64,000 nt of DNA, taken from contig OZ024743.1 of NCBI GenBank assembly GCA_964016885.1, forward strand, positions 18,476,001 through 18,540,000, written 5' to 3'. Numbering within the stretch: position 1 is the first letter of the stretch; the number at the start of each line of letters is the position of its first letter. A program made the translations under genes and the position numbers. Below are positions 27,140-41,183 of the stretch, piece after piece. The DNA is from Eledone cirrhosa (taxonomy: Eukaryota). The notes beneath the pieces are model-generated. The model ran no database searches and was not told where the DNA came from. It saw only the letters and a program-made list of their open reading frames with translations.

Positions 27140-28058
27140 TCATTAACTGTCAATGAACCAACATCATAACCTCTTATATTTTCTCTCTTTCATTTTCTAT
27201 CTTTCTATTTCTTTCTCTAAATTTATTTCATCTCTTACATTATATCTTATCGTATTATTTTCACTTCTAATATAACTTACAATTAATTAATTAATTAATT
27301 ATTTAATTAATTTATTAATGTAACTAATACATATATGAATATATTTAACATTTTCAGGTTTATACCATCCTATCTCTATATTTTAACCACCGACACCACA
27401 ACTACTCTCAATAATCATACTATGTTTACTTTTCTTCGGACACATATAACAATTTTGTTATTTATTTTTTATCATATTTTGTATTATTTATATCATCTTC
27501 GTTATAACTTATTTATTAACATTTATTCATTTATTATTATTATCTTTATTATTGTTTTCTCTCTATTTTTATTTTTATTTATATTTTATCTTCTTTCTTC
27601 ATTCTTTTCTCTTTCTTTTTTTTCTGTATTTTTTTTCTCTATATCTTTTTCTTGTTTTTTCTTTTTTCTCTCTCTTTCATTATTAATGATGTAATTTGAA
27701 TTCGTAAACGCTGAATGTGTTTTTAACAGTCCTTTCTGATGATCTGTTTAAGCTACCATCGTATTTAAAATTGAATGGGGCAGTTTCAAGTTTTCAGCAA
27801 TTTTTAGACAACTTAATCATTGAAACAATTGTTAATACTGTAAATAAAATCTTTTTGTACTGTTGACCATGTTATTCTTCACTCTTTCAATATTATTACT
27901 CCAAGGTAAATTTTCAAAGAAATTCCCGAGAAATCACAAACTCGCCACCTACGGAAACCTCTTATTGAGTCAAACAAAGCCGTACGCTAAATTTATCCAC
28001 AATACGGAGTATTCACAACCTCTAACTGGATTACCTATAATGATATTTTGTTATCCCT
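27140..28058 (+). mobile_element. PLE 3' UTR/pseudo-LTR related to the 16.7-18.3 kb family, with a long-loop hammerhead at 27727-27840
   Basis: cagt..CTGATGA-tc-tgtttaag-(long loop)-cttaatca-tt-GAAA-CAATTG-TT-aatactg-taaataaa. Downstream sequence aligns to 18280-18333 and to the reverse complement of 16700-16865. Confidence 0.7.
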
Positions 28059-28194
28059 TATATATATATATATATATATATAATATGTGTGTGTGTTTCT
28101 GTGTGTGTGTGTGTGTGCGTATGTGTGTGTGTGTTTTACGTAATTCCAAAGGAAAAGCAAAGGAAAAAAGAGTGCTCTATGTATAGAACAGAGC

Positions 28195-28345
28195 TATATA
28201 ATTAAAAAGTGAACAACACAAAATATAACTTCTCCATTACCAAAGGTTTCTGGATCACACACGTATATATTAGTATCGTCTGTGATCCAGAAACTTTTGG
28301 TAATGGAGTAGTTATATTTTGTGTTGTTCCCTTACTAATTATTTA

Positions 28346-28347
<2 letters not shown>
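28195..28347. repeat. Fold-back with ~65-bp arms next to (TA)n
   Basis: gaacaacacaaaatataact..ccattaccaaaggtttctggatcaca / tgtgatccagaaacttttggtaatgg..agttatattttgtgttgttc. Confidence 0.85.
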
Positions 28348-28419
<72 letters not shown>

Positions 28420-28423
<4 letters not shown>

Positions 28424-29160
28424 ACTTTGGGAGGGTCATGTTGCCAATAAGAAACACACGCACCACATGTGTTCACTTCAATTTATTATAATAAATTTAT
28501 AAATTTAGGAATTTATAAATTTCCAGATGGTTGGTTGGTTCCACAACCAGATGGTTGTTTATATATTGTCAAAGTTCTTTCGTCACATATTCTGTGACCT
28601 CTTCAGTGACTGGAGATTCTTTTCTTTGTTTGTTGTGCCTCTCCTTTGTTCTGTCCTACGCCATGTTGTTTGTGTGTGTGTTGTGTGCTTAGTTTGCGCT
28701 TGTGTTACATCCGGGTATCTATGTGTGTTTATATTCGTTTATTTATTTGTTTATTTACATGTTACTGGTTGGTTGTTTGTTCTATGTGCGTGTGTGTCTT
28801 CATTTTGTCCTTAATTGTAAGTTGTGACGTTGCTGTTCCAGTCATGTGTTCTATTTAATTTTGGTTGTAATTTATTTATGTTTATTGCCTCTGTGGTTTG
28901 TCTAAACAAAAGACGCAATGTTTAGACAAATCACAGAGGCAATAAACATAAATGAATTACAACCAAAATTAAATAGAAAACAGGATTGGAACAACAACAT
29001 CACAACTTAAATTAAGGACAAAATGAAAACACACACGCAGATATAACAAACAACCAACCAGTAACATGTAAATAAACAAATAAATAAACGAATATAAACA
29101 CACACAGACACCCGGATGTAACACATGCGCAAACTAAGCACACAACACAAACACAAAAAC
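28420..29160. mobile_element. PLE-type terminus with a hammerhead (28568-28610, minus) and a ~240-bp-arm fold-back (28665-28907 / 28919-29160)
   Basis: GUCA-CUGAAGA-gGUCAC-agaauau-GUGAC-GAAAG-aa-CUU-UGAC. The tail ctttgggagggtcatgttgccaataagaaacacacgca recurs at ~31600 and, diverged, at ~62246. Confidence 0.8.
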
Positions 29161-29165
29161 AAGAT

Positions 29166-29340
29166 CGCTGAGCTCAAGCCGTTTCGACGGCTACTTCTGG
29201 ACTCCAGAATTAGCCGTCGAAACGGGTTGAGCTTAGCCGTCGGGTCCTATTCGTTCCTATTACCCACTCTACTACCCTAAGTATTGAGTACTTTGGTGCG
29301 TCATGGTCCATCTGGTTCCTTACCACATTTCCTTCGTTAT
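29166..29340 (+). mobile_element. Miniature hairpin-plus-tail element, here called family X (other copies 31020-31205 +, 62018-62195 -, 62286-62482 +)
   Basis: Palindrome gagctcaagccgtttcgacggcta-ttctggactccagaa-tagccgtcgaaacggcttgagct, then tail cctattacccactctactacc..gagtac..ttccttaccac. All copies abut (TA)n. Confidence 0.85.
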
Positions 29341-29348
29341 ATATTTAC

Positions 29349-29442
<94 letters not shown>

Positions 29443-29803
29443 TCTTGAGTACGTTGCTCCAGTATCCTTATCTGAAAATGAATATATTTGAAACAGGGGT
29501 TGTACAGAAAAATGTGAAATTGAAATAGCGCGGAATATATATTTAAGCATCTAAAACTATAATCTGCGTGATACAGAAACATTTTACACTCTAAGAAAGT
29601 ATATGTTATCAATCAATTGGTCATATATTACTACCTCGACGTGATTGTGTAAAGTTTGATAGAATTGTGTAACTCAGCAATGTATTTATACTAACTTGAT
29701 GTATAATGGGCTCTCCCAACTTGATACAAGTAGGAAATGGTGGAAAAAAAGATTCAATTATAATTCGATAATAACGTGAAAATATAAATAAAATGAAGGT
29801 ATT

Positions 29804-29990
29804 TGGATTGGCCGTATCAGTAGAGGGTCGGACGCCCTGCTTTTCAGCATAGAGTTACTGCCATTTATTGTTTGAGTTCAAATCAAGACGAGGTTAACTT
29901 TGCCTTTCATCCTTACGGGGTCGATAAAATAAAGTACCAGTAATACACTGGGATACTTGCTGGCCTTGTGCCTAAGAGTAGAAACAATTA
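29804..29990 (+). mobile_element. tRNA-derived SINE
   Basis: Full head, core and tail of the 5263 family. Confidence 0.85.
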
Positions 29991-30462
29991 TTTATGTAGT
30001 AATACATAGGTAGACAAATAGTTACATATAACGAAACATTTATAAATTGGCAAAACATCAAGTGTTGCGCAGTTGGATTTCGTCCAAGCTTTCAAACCCC
30101 GATTTAATACGTGTAAATATTATATCGATTCCGAATGGAATTGAAATCAGAATGGGAGATAGAGCGTAAAATGGTGAAGGATTTATTCAGGCAAAAAGTC
30201 TCTCTCCCCTCTCTCTCTCTCTCTCTATCTATCTATCTATTTCATATATCCGTATGTGTGTGTCTGTGTGTGTGTGTGTGTGTGTGTATAGAATCATTTT
30301 TACAATGTTAGCTAAGGGAGACTCCGAGCAGAGCAACGTAAAATAAGCCTGCCTTACAATTAATCGTGTAATTTCTGCAGTTTCTTTTGATGAGTAATTA
30401 TTGGCCATTACATTTGGATTCATCAGATGACTTATTTGAACATATTATCAAGTATCTACCTG

Positions 30463-30842
30463 GCGGTGGATTGGCAGTATCGGTAGAGTGTCGGACGCAA
30501 TGCTTTCCAGCATAGTTACGTCCATTTACGATCTGAGTTCAAATACCGCCGAGGTTGACTTTGCCTTTCATCCTTACGGGGTCGATAAAATAAAGTACCA
30601 GTAATACACTGGGTACTTTGCTGGCCTTGTGCCTAAAGTAGAAACAATTATAAGGCCGGTGGATTGGCAGTATCGGTGGAGGGTCGGACGCCATGCTTTC
30701 CAGCATAGTTACGTCCCTTTACGATCTGAGTTCAAATTCCGCCGAGGTTGACTTTGCCTTTCATCCTTACGGGGTCGATAAAATAAAGTACCAGTAATGC
30801 ACTGGGTAATTGCTGGCCTTGTGCCTAAAGTAGAAACAATTA
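30463..30842 (+). mobile_element. Head-to-tail SINE dimer with a single 19-bp TSD
   Basis: attatcaagtatctacctg at 30444-30462 and 30839-30857; monomers start at ~30463 and ~30655. Confidence 0.9.
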
Positions 30843-31202
30843 TCAAGTATCTACCTGTTAATGGGTGGACAACTTCACATTGTCGTTCTAGTGTGTTGTA
30901 TATTTTTACGCGGGCATAGATCCGGTAAACAATACACACCCACAAACACACACATACACACACACACACATACACACACACACATACACACCCATACACA
31001 CACACATATATATATATATAGGAGAAAGTATCACCCCGACGGCAGAGCTCAAGACGTTTCGCCGGCTATTTCTGGACTAAAGTCTAAACGGCTTGAGCTC
31101 TGCCGTCGGGGTCATACTTTCCCTATTACCCACTCTACTACCCTACGTATTGATTACTCTGGTACGTTATGGTCCATCTGGTTCCTTACCACAACTCCTC
31201 CG

Positions 31203-31242
<40 letters not shown>

Positions 31243-31959
31243 TTGTGTGTGTGTATATACATCGACAGTCGATCGACTTTCGTTTACATTCTGGATATCT
31301 TGGATATTGTCCATTTTGTTATCGGATGAAACCGCAGTAACGACACAATTAACTGTCGATTAGACCTTTTACGTTGTTCTGTTTCGAGTTTTCCCTTAGC
31401 TAAGGCTCCACACGTTATTGATTATAAGTATATAATTCACTAAATGGTATTTTTATCGATCATTTCTTGTGATTTTCAGTAAATCAATAACAAATAAACT
31501 CCGGTCTGATATGTATATATATATATATATATTTCGTTTCTGAATTTGTTTAGCAAGATTATTTATCTGAAAACGTGTGTTGAAACCGATATTGTTATGC
31601 TTTGGGAGGGTCATGTTGCCAATAAGAAACACACGCATATAAACAAGGATTTGTATATGGCGATATCCACTTAGTTGTAATTAAACAAAACATTGGGAAG
31701 CTCGATATGTTGTTATGGCTATTAATTATGCAATCCAGTAAACTCAAGATAAGTTCTAGGATGTGATATATATAAGAGCATTATCTATAGGACAAACAAT
31801 GTCATTTACGAATTAAAAAACAACATTCTATATTATAGTATTTATGTAATTGGGAAGTGGAGAAGCTATCGATAATTGATATTTTCGTTTAATTATTTTC
31901 CCTCATCAGGAATAATAAAGTTAACAAATTATTTATTGTAAAAATAATACTGGTTTGTT

Positions 31960-32153
31960 ATATAGGCACAAGGCAAGCAATTTTGGAGGAGGGGAAGGTC
32001 GATTAAATCCGCCCCAAGGCGTGACTGGTATTTTATTTTATCGATTAAAGGCAATGTTAATGTCGCTAGGATTTGAACTCAGATCATAAAGGGACGTAAC
32101 TCTATGCTGCAAAGCATATCATCCGACCCTCGACGGATACTGCCAATTCGCCG
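31960..32153 (-). mobile_element. tRNA-derived SINE (subfamily with a longer 3' part)
   Basis: Reverse complement of the head, B box and tail of the 5263 family. Confidence 0.8.
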
Positions 32154-32808
32154 CCCTTATTGTAAAAATAATAATATAAGCAATATTATATTTTTAGATA
32201 TAAAACACCTTTTCAATCGTCACTCGTCAAACACTTCTTCCAACATTACAGTTCCTGTAGTAAGCATGATTCAGAGTTCTTCCTCCCAGTACGTCACCTC
32301 TCTGGATTTCTTTCCCAGCACATATTTCTTTCCACTGCAAGATATACAACAATTTAAACTCTACATCAACAGCCTAAATCTGCTCAGTCACAGACGACCT
32401 GCAAACATTATTGACAAGTACTCGTCCTCGAGAACAAGCAAATAATAAAGCATCCAGCACCCACTACCACACCCATGTAAGCCGAGCCACATTTCTGCAC
32501 ATTCAATATTATACCACCACTGACACATTCAATATCATCCAACACCAGCAGCTTACAAACATATCAACACACAACATACCACCACTAACACCTCCTTCTC
32601 ATCAATATTGACAGCTTCAGATTGATCGGTCATAGATATTATCTTTTCATTCGAATGAAATAGTTTCTGATTTACGGTAATCTATTTCACTCTCCCCAAA
32701 TTGCTCTTTTCGATGACTGGTGCAATTTCTCAGTCCCACATGTGTTTAACTCACAACCAACAAAATGTTCCATCGTATTGAGAGGGAGGGAGAGAGAGAG
32801 AGAGAGAT

Positions 32809-32893
<85 letters not shown>

Positions 32894-32898
32894 AGTAG

Positions 32899-32985
<87 letters not shown>

Positions 32986-33148
32986 TATAGTAATAATAAT
33001 AAAATTGAAGACTAAAATCCAAAGAGGGCTCGATAAGTGCTATATAAGTAGTATATATATATATATATATAGACAGAGAGAGAGAAAGAGTAGCAGACAG
33101 ACAGAAAAAGTAGAAGGATATTTAAGAAAATGATGTATAGATAGATAT

Positions 33149-33334
33149 CGGTGGATTGGCAGTATCAGTAGAGGGTCGGACGCCATGCTTTCCAGCATAG
33201 TTACGTCCCTTCACGATCTCAGTTCAAATCCCGCCGAGGTTTACTTTGCCTTTCATCCTTACGGGGTCGATAAAATAAAGTACCAGTAATGCACTGGGTA
33301 ATTGCTGGCCTTGTGCCCAAAGTAGAAACAATTA
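33149..33334 (+). mobile_element. tRNA-derived SINE
   Basis: Nearly identical to the 30655 monomer. Confidence 0.88.
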
Positions 33335-33569
33335 TTTAAGGAAACGGTAGAAAGACGGAAATAAAGACAGTGATGCGACCAGGGAAAGCTATAAAGTCAT
33401 ATTGAGATATATATAGAGAGAGCAAATAATTATTAAATGCGAAGTGAAGCCAAACACGGAGTATAGGGTAAGGCAACACGAGAGGGCAAAAGGTCAATAC
33501 CTAAAATTTGTAAGAATGAATAAATAAATATACATTTATATATATATACATATATATAGAGAGATTTTG

Positions 33570-33864
33570 AGTTTATGTTGGTTGTATACCAACACCTCAG
33601 TATGCAGGCTGGAGCACTCGACGAAGTGCGCAGGTTGGTTTGGTTACTCCGGAGTAGTGTAAAATAAAGTTAAATAAAAGTCAAATGATTAAAATTTAGC
33701 TTCGTTTATTACTGCTATATATATTTCAGTGACAGCCATCTTTGGGTGTGACCTCTTCAGGCAGTTTGAATTAGTATGGTATAGACAAGTACATATGTTG
33801 TTTAGGTGTATGATATTGTCAATACTCTGATATGCCCAGTTCCTTGTTGGGTTGTTAATTCACT
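33570..33864 (-). mobile_element. Solo PLE pseudo-LTR with a hammerhead at 33711-33765
   Basis: 33661-33864 is nearly identical to 12421-12624, with an additional tail to ~33570. Confidence 0.85.
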
Positions 33865-33990
33865 CTTCCTTTTACTAATATATATATATATATATATTAG
33901 TAAAAGGAAAATAAAATGCTGACACATTTTTCCCAGTGAAAAATAGTTTAATTAGTAATAATTGTTTCTATTAATTGTTTTAATTAGTAA

Positions 33991-34175
33991 TAATTGTTTC
34001 TACTTTAGGCACAAGGCCAGCAATTACCCAGTGCATTACTGGTACTTTATTTTATCGACCCCGTAGGATGAAAGGCAAAGTCAACCTCGGCGGGATTTGA
34101 ACTCAGATCGTAAAGGGACGTAACTATGCTGGAAAGCATGGCGTCCGATCCTCTACCGATACTGCCAATTCACCG
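33991..34175 (-). mobile_element. tRNA-derived SINE with TSD gttttaattagt
   Basis: Reverse complement of the full SINE; gttttaattagt lies on both sides. Confidence 0.88.
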
Positions 34176-34572
34176 TTTTAATTAGTCATAATATGTATTG
34201 GTTCGTATTCAGTTTTAGTTTTAAGTTTTTGCCGGTTACGCATTTCTAATGCTTTTCAAAGATAATTTTGAGATAGAGCGCTCGTGCTGTTTGCTCTAAT
34301 CTGATCAGTTTTGGAAATTCTACCTGTTTTATGTGAAAAAAATGGCTCCCGAGATATTAAGATTTGGTTGGTTGTTGAATTTCACGTGAATGAGTACTAT
34401 AAATTTCGCGCCAATTCGTGTTGCAAAAATTATTGTAGTCAAAACAATTTTGATTGGTCGGTAGAGGTCACGTGAATGTTAAAAATTGATTTTGCCCCAA
34501 AAGTAGGTTTGTTGAAGAGTATCCCCTTTCGCCTGATTGAGAAGTCACTGAAAATTAAGGCTTTTAAGACAA

Positions 34573-34574
<2 letters not shown>

Positions 34575-34606
<32 letters not shown>

Positions 34607-34701
34607 TAAAGAGGTTCAGTGTTGTGATAATGGTAAATAGGGATGTGAGTGTGGATTACAGTCATGTTGAAAGGTCAATAGTTCCGTGTCTATTAAGACA
34701 A

Positions 34702-34759
<58 letters not shown>

Positions 34760-37700
34760 AGCGGAGTGGTTCGTGGTAGAGGGAATAAATTCGGTCAGTA
34801 GTAATGTGTCTGTACGTGTGTGGGGAATTTTAACATGTTGAAAGATATTTTTCAGCTCTTGTCTTATACGGAGAAGAGTGTGTGTGTGTGTGTGGATGGC
34901 CCAATATTTTTGTGATACTGGTAAAAATGGTGTACATTATTCGATATTGTCAGTAATTTGCAAATACGATTCTCTCAAAAGAACATCAAAAACATTAATA
35001 ATAAAAGGTGTGAAATGATGTATAGTATTGTCATAACACCAAGGTGTGTGTGAGTGTCCAGATTGTACGTACTGCAAGGGGAATTCATTAGGCCATGCCG
35101 TATTGGAATACTTGTGTACAAATATGTATGTGCCAATCAGTGTGCAATGCTTGTGTGTGTATATGTATGTGTGTGTGTCGGCACGTTTATATCTATAGAC
35201 ATCAAAAGGTATGCAAATTTGTGTATATTTGTGTAGCGCCATAGATCATCTGTGTTTACGTATGTCCTTGTGTTTATATGTGGATAGAAATGTATGTAGG
35301 AGGTATGCTGATGTAGGTATGTATGTTGACGTGTGTATGTTGTGGGCTCGTCTTAGGGAGAAGTGTTTAGTCGTGGTCCGTATTTGTTAATAAAGTGAGA
35401 TTCCTTGCTGATGCGCTGGGTGTGGGTGGCATTATCTTTAAATTTGAAGAGGGGAAAGATTCTAAATTTGGGATGATTTTGGGCGGCATATGTATCAATG
35501 TGTTCACTCAGTGGTCTTTTTCTCTATTCCCGTATTTTAATTTGGGATCTATGGACAGTCATGCGCTGGCAGAGTCTGTTTTTAGTCTGGCCTATGTATT
35601 GTTTTCGACAACCTGAGCAAGTTAATACATATATTAGATTTACTGATGCGAATGTGAAATTGTGTTTTACTATAAAACGTTGTCCTTCTTTGAAATAGAA
35701 TTCCGAACCCTCTATTAGGTTGATGCATATGCCACAGTTGGGTCTATCGCATTTTTTTTATTGTGGGTTTCGTTGTTGTGGTTGGTAGTACTTTGGCATG
35801 TGTTCGGATGTTTTTCAATGACTTACATTGTCTTTTGCTCTTTATGATATCGTGTGTTCGAAGTATTTGGTTCATTCTATGGTCATTTTTTAACACAGGG
35901 ATGTTCTGGAGGATGGTGTCAAATTCCTCATTGTTGAAGGGGTTGTTGTGTGTAGATGTATGGAAGAGCTTTTAGTTTCGGTGATTTACTTTAGGGTGTC
36001 TAAGGTCCTGGGTACTGCGTTTTAGGTCACGTTGGATTCCATTGTCAATTAGTGATGCAGGGTAGTCCCTGCCTATGAGTGTGTCCTTAAGTTCTTGTAG
36101 CTGTAAGTAACAGGTTCTTTTTATTGGAGACTATAGTACAGATTCTCTTGGCTAAGTTGTGGGGAATATTAATTTTAACGTGCCTAAGGAAGATATTGCT
36201 TGGAGTCTGTGGGCTTGTATTATATGTCTGATTCTATTTTTTTGTTATGAATCTTAATGAGGATGTCGTGGAAGGGGAGTTGTTGATGGCTGTATTCCAT
36301 CGTAAAGTTAATAATCGTGTTGAGCCCATTTATAAGGGTGTGAAATTCTTTAAGTTTTTCGATGTTTCGATGAAGCAATCATCTAAATATCGCTTCCAGT
36401 TCTTTTCTATGTGTAAGTGGAGAGTGTTTCCAAATTTGTTTAGTACTTTAGTATAGAAGGTGATTTCCAGGTATCCCATGACTAGGTTGGCATAAGTGGG
36501 GGCTGTTTTCGCTACCATAGCGGTCCCAGTTTTCTGCCTGTAGGATTTGTTATTGAAAACGATGTAATTGTTCTCCAAGATAAATTTGAGTCCCTCTATC
36601 ACGAATTCTTTTTTGATGCGTAGTGGGAGTTCATTGTGGTAATTATCCATCCATAATTGATTAGCTTCTATTCCTAGGTTTTGGGGGATGTTGGAGTACA
36701 GGTTGACTACATCGAACGTCACTAGTAGGGTTTGTTCAGAAAGGGGCATATTAGGAAGGTGATTCAGAATATCTTGGTCGTCCCTTATATAGCTTTTGGT
36801 GTGTTTGAGAAAAGGCTTGAGAAGGGTATCAATGAAGTTGCTAATGCGGTGGGTTTCGCAAGCGGGGCCTGCTATTATAGGTCTTAATGTGATATCAATG
36901 GGTGAAGGGACATTGATGACTATATCTGTGGCTTCCTTGCATGCCTTACTTATTAATTCGCTTTTATGTACTTTAGCGATACCGTAGAAAAGGCTGGATT
37001 TACTTGTGAAGTCTGTGATGAAGCTGAATTCCTTGTTAGTGAGTCCTTCTTTGTATTGGTTGATCAGAGTTTTTAGGTTTCTCATAATTTCGCGTTGATT
37101 TAGTGTTCAGCCTTTTCGTAGTATGTTTCGTTTTCCAAAGTGGAGAGCGCTAAGTTGATAGGACTACTGTACTCCCTTTATCAGCCTCTTTAATTTTAAT
37201 AGTTCTGTCGGTTTTTAATCTATTTAATTCTTCCCATTCTTTCTTGTTGAGGTTTTGCTTGTGTTTTTGTCTGTGCAAGTGTTGGTAAGGGAAGTTTGTG
37301 ATGTGTTCACAGAATTCGTCCATGATTTTATTTCTACCTTTTGATGGGGTGTAGTTGCTTCTATTTCTGGCTAATGATTCATCCTCCTTGTACTGGTCGA
37401 ATAGTTCTTCACTGAGTCGTAACTTTCTACAGAAATCTGTGAAGTCTTCCTTCATTTCATAGTCGTTAGGATGTAGTGGGGTCGGTGTGAATTTAAGACC
37501 TTTGGAGAGTAAGTTGATAAGGTTGGGTGTTGGTTCTGCACTAGTTAGATTGATAATTGTTATTACTCTTGGTTTCTCATCACTGTCTTGTGTTATTTTG
37601 TTTGCCTGTATATCTGTGCTGTGTCTAAAAATGGTTGGGGTAGAGGGGTTGTATGTTGATGTTAAGTGGTCTCCTGTGTTTGTTATATTCCTTGTTGTTG

Positions 37701-38650
37701 GAAAATGTGGTTCGGGTTCGTGGTTGTGGATTGAATGGAGTTTTCCTGCGAGTATGGATGTGTATTTCTATGTGCCATATTGGATTGTGGTGTTATATGT
37801 GGCCAACGTTGTTGATTGTATCGTGTGGTGTGGGTTTGATGTGTATTGTAGAAGCGAGAGTTGAGAAAATGGAAATTACCTTGCTGTCCCCTTGTAGGGG
37901 GGAAGTTGTTACATCTATCATGGTGGTGGTATCTTTTCCCTATGTTTGACGATGAGGCATCCGCGTAGTAGTTGAGAGATTTGGTATGGTGTCTCCTTGA
38001 AGGGGGAAAGTTGTAAATGTCATTCTGGGGTGATGATTTCTAGGGTTTTTGTACCTTCTTATGGAAGCGAGGTTGGGAGGTTTATCTTCGGTGGGGTGCT
38101 TCCTTCTTATGTTGTTAGTAGCTGGGTGGTGGAGTTGGGAGTGGGTGGGTGGGTTGCGAAGTTGTTGTGCGCTTCGGTTATGGGCTTTCCTATTTTTATG
38201 AACAGGTTATTGGAGGTGTAATCCGTTTGAAAAGTCGATTCATAGTTTAGGAACCAAGCGGCACTTTTTTCCCAGCGTTGAATGGATTTAAGTTCTTCTC
38301 TGTTGCAGTCCCCTTTCAATAATTTAGAGATTTTCTCTACCTTGTGGCCTTCAATCTTATTGTTTATTTCCAGAAGGATCTCTTCATCGATGGTTTTGAT
38401 TGTTACCTCATTTGTCTGCGCCCTCAATTTAAGAAGTTCAATTTCTCTCTTCATTTTTTCCAATGCCATTCTTTCCCTAAGGTGTCTTTGAGGGTTCGGG
38501 CTCATTTGGAATGGACTTTATTTGTATTTTACAGGGGAGAGTTAGAGGCGTTGATGTACGCCATTTTTCGTATATCTCCGCATTGTTGTGATTTTGTATC
38601 ATCTTCCAGAAGGAGAACTTTCTGTATCTGAGGGATTTGTTCCATTTTGG
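34575..38650 (-). mobile_element. Decayed near-full-length Neptune-like PLE; its 3' pseudo-LTR may extend to ~33890
   Basis: ORFs 38107..38505; 37150..37455 (IKEADKGSTVV); 36330..37085 (YGIAKVHK, TFDVVNLYSNI, WKRYLDD). At ~35480-35760, CDRPNCGIC linker and NLIYVLTC..YIGQT GIY-YIG. Confidence 0.9.
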
Positions 38651-38789
38651 GATATATATATATATAGTGCATTTAAGGTCAAGATAAGATTTTCCTTCAT
38701 AAACATAGCTCACAAATATAAACATTTTAAGAATTCAGTAGATCTAAATTTTTTCGTACTTATTAAGCAATATATACGCGCATGTATAT

Positions 38790-41183
38790 TAGGCATATGA
38801 CTTTTTACAACCCCATATGAGCCTGCTACTTTCTAATGAGGTTTTTGTCATAAAGAAAGAATTACAGTAGTTTTTTTGTAAATTTTGAAAAAGATTCTTG
38901 CACATACTAAATTATATTTTTAATTTTTTTGTAATTAGACAGTCCCATAAAATAAATGCCTAAAACAATAAATTATGACAATAAAAAAGTTATTTTAATT
39001 ATTAGTTAAACAAAATTTAATCTCTAAGATTCTACTACTTTTACAAAATGGCAAAAGGTCCTAATAAACTTTTACAACTGGCTCAGCGCAAATGTTCGAG
39101 CGTTGCGTCACAATTGGAGATTCTTCATTAGACCAATATTTTCTGACGGTGTTTGCAGCCTTTTTACACTTGGCTTTAATTAGTTGATCAATGAGTTTCT
39201 GCTTGCTGTCAGCTCTATACAGTTGACTTGAGAACCACATTTTTCCCCACATTCCGCAGATGCATTCGGCACCCGCTCGCAGCTTCGCTCGTTCATCAGA
39301 CATCAAAATAAACCCAAGCAACAAATAAATTGCTCGGCTATTCCAACGACCATTGTGCAAATTAGGTAATTTCATAAAATTTATTTTAGGAAACGCACCG
39401 TTTTCAAAGAAATGTTGCATGGCTATCATGAGATGCTGAAGGAAATCCATGTCAGTTCTCCAGCGCGTCGGGGTTTCATTAATTTCCGTCGTTCCATTTG
39501 AAAAGTTCTGCTTCAGTTCGTCATAGTTCTTTAAAATGGCCTCAACAAAGTAATAATTGATATATGGCGAAGTTGTTTTGCTTCTATATAGTTGATCAAA
39601 ATAAACTTTCAAGGCACGGTCTAAAATGTGGTGCTGGCATCCAACATATAATGGCTTACTGTAACCGTGACGCGTAAACTCACTGTTGAGCATGGCAACA
39701 ACTCTTGCCTTTTTGCCGGTATTGACACTAGTTGTGTCGGAGACTATCATCACGATAGTTTCCCACAGTGCATATTTGTCAATAACTTCTTTCAATCCAT
39801 TAAATATAGTAAGAGCCTTTCCATCGGTTAATGCCATCTGCCTCAGGCGTATATCTTTATCATTATTTTGTATCACTACAACCTAATATTCTACGTCTCT
39901 CATTCGTTTTCCATCAAAATGAAGGCTCCATTTTTCCATTTTTAGTTCATTTTTCCACTTTTCCATGAGTTTCTCACCTTCTCTGATAACTGATTTGTGC
40001 ACTGCCGACTGACTCGGGGTGTTCACCTTAATACCACCACTTTTAAATTCGTTGCAAACTGCTGCTGCTTTACTACTAGGTAATTTAGTATTTCTTACTA
40101 GGCTAACAGCATGAGCTGCGTTTTCTCTTTTTCGTCTTTTTTTTCTGGTGAAAGTGAAGGTGAAGGTTTGTAATTGCTGGTATTTGTATCGGTGTCACTG
40201 TAACTTTCATTTGAGTTCAGATGAATGTATGAGCAGGATGCCTTATCATGATCTAGTTATTGTTTTTTTGTTTTTAATTCTCTTAGAAGGATGGATTTTC
40301 TTTTCACTGTCTATTTTCATTGTAGTATACCCAACCTTTCCGCAACTCTCAACTTGCTTTTCATAAAATCACAAATCTTCGGCTGCTAAACATATCCCAT
40401 ATCTTTTTGTAATGTCAAACAGATTTTTGAAATTCGCAGAGCCAGGTCCTTTCACTTCGTTTTCCTTTTTTTAAAATTATTTTTTCAATTTTTCCAGGTA
40501 TTGAATGTTTGTTCATAGTTGGAAAGCTGAACTTTTCCCATAAACTTTCACATTCTCCAGTAATTATCTTAATTCTTTTTCTGGTATTTTTATCTTCAGC
40601 AGCAAGAGTGATATATCTATCAATGATCTGTTGCTCAGTAGGCAGCTTGCATAATTCGATTAATGAACTTTGAATTTTCGTTTTCCTAGATTTATTTCTC
40701 TTCTCAAAATGACAAATAGTTTGCGCCCAAATCTTTTTACTTTCCTCTTTAGCAACTGGATTTTTATACATCTGAAATTTATAATATTAATATAATATAA
40801 TTATAAATATTAAAATATATTAATAAAAATACCTCGTAAATTTTAATTTATTCTATTTATATATTTTATGAATTTTATGAACAGATTAAACTGAAAAATA
40901 AGTGATGAACAAGCAATAAAGTTGATCCCTTAAACAATTTGAAGAAGAATATTATATTTTATAAACTGTTAAATTGCACACTATATTTTTATTACATACA
41001 CACGTATATTGTATATGCAATTCTATATTAGTTAATCAATGTTAAAGAATCTACCTTGTGCAAGAGTACTTTAAAATTCTAATATTTTTTAACATGCTCA
41101 CAAATATTTTCTAGTAAAGTTTCATCTGAAAATGGCATGCTCATTTATTTTTTTAACAAAAGCGTACTTTAGGAATATGCCTA
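38790..41183 (-). mobile_element. hAT-superfamily (hATm-like) DNA transposon, 2394 bp
   Basis: TIR TAGGCATAT at 38790 and its reverse complement ending at 41183. 8-bp TSD ATGTATAT at 38782-38789 and 41184-41191. Subterminal atgagcMtgc motif at both ends. Confidence 0.9.
39000..40771 (-). pseudogene. hAT transposase with stops and a frameshift
   Basis: HFDGK (~39910-39925), SDTTSVNTG, CQHH (CxxH), GRWNSRAIY, NICAE. ORFs 40415..40771 and 39061..39876; in-frame stops near 39884 and 39061. Confidence 0.85.
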
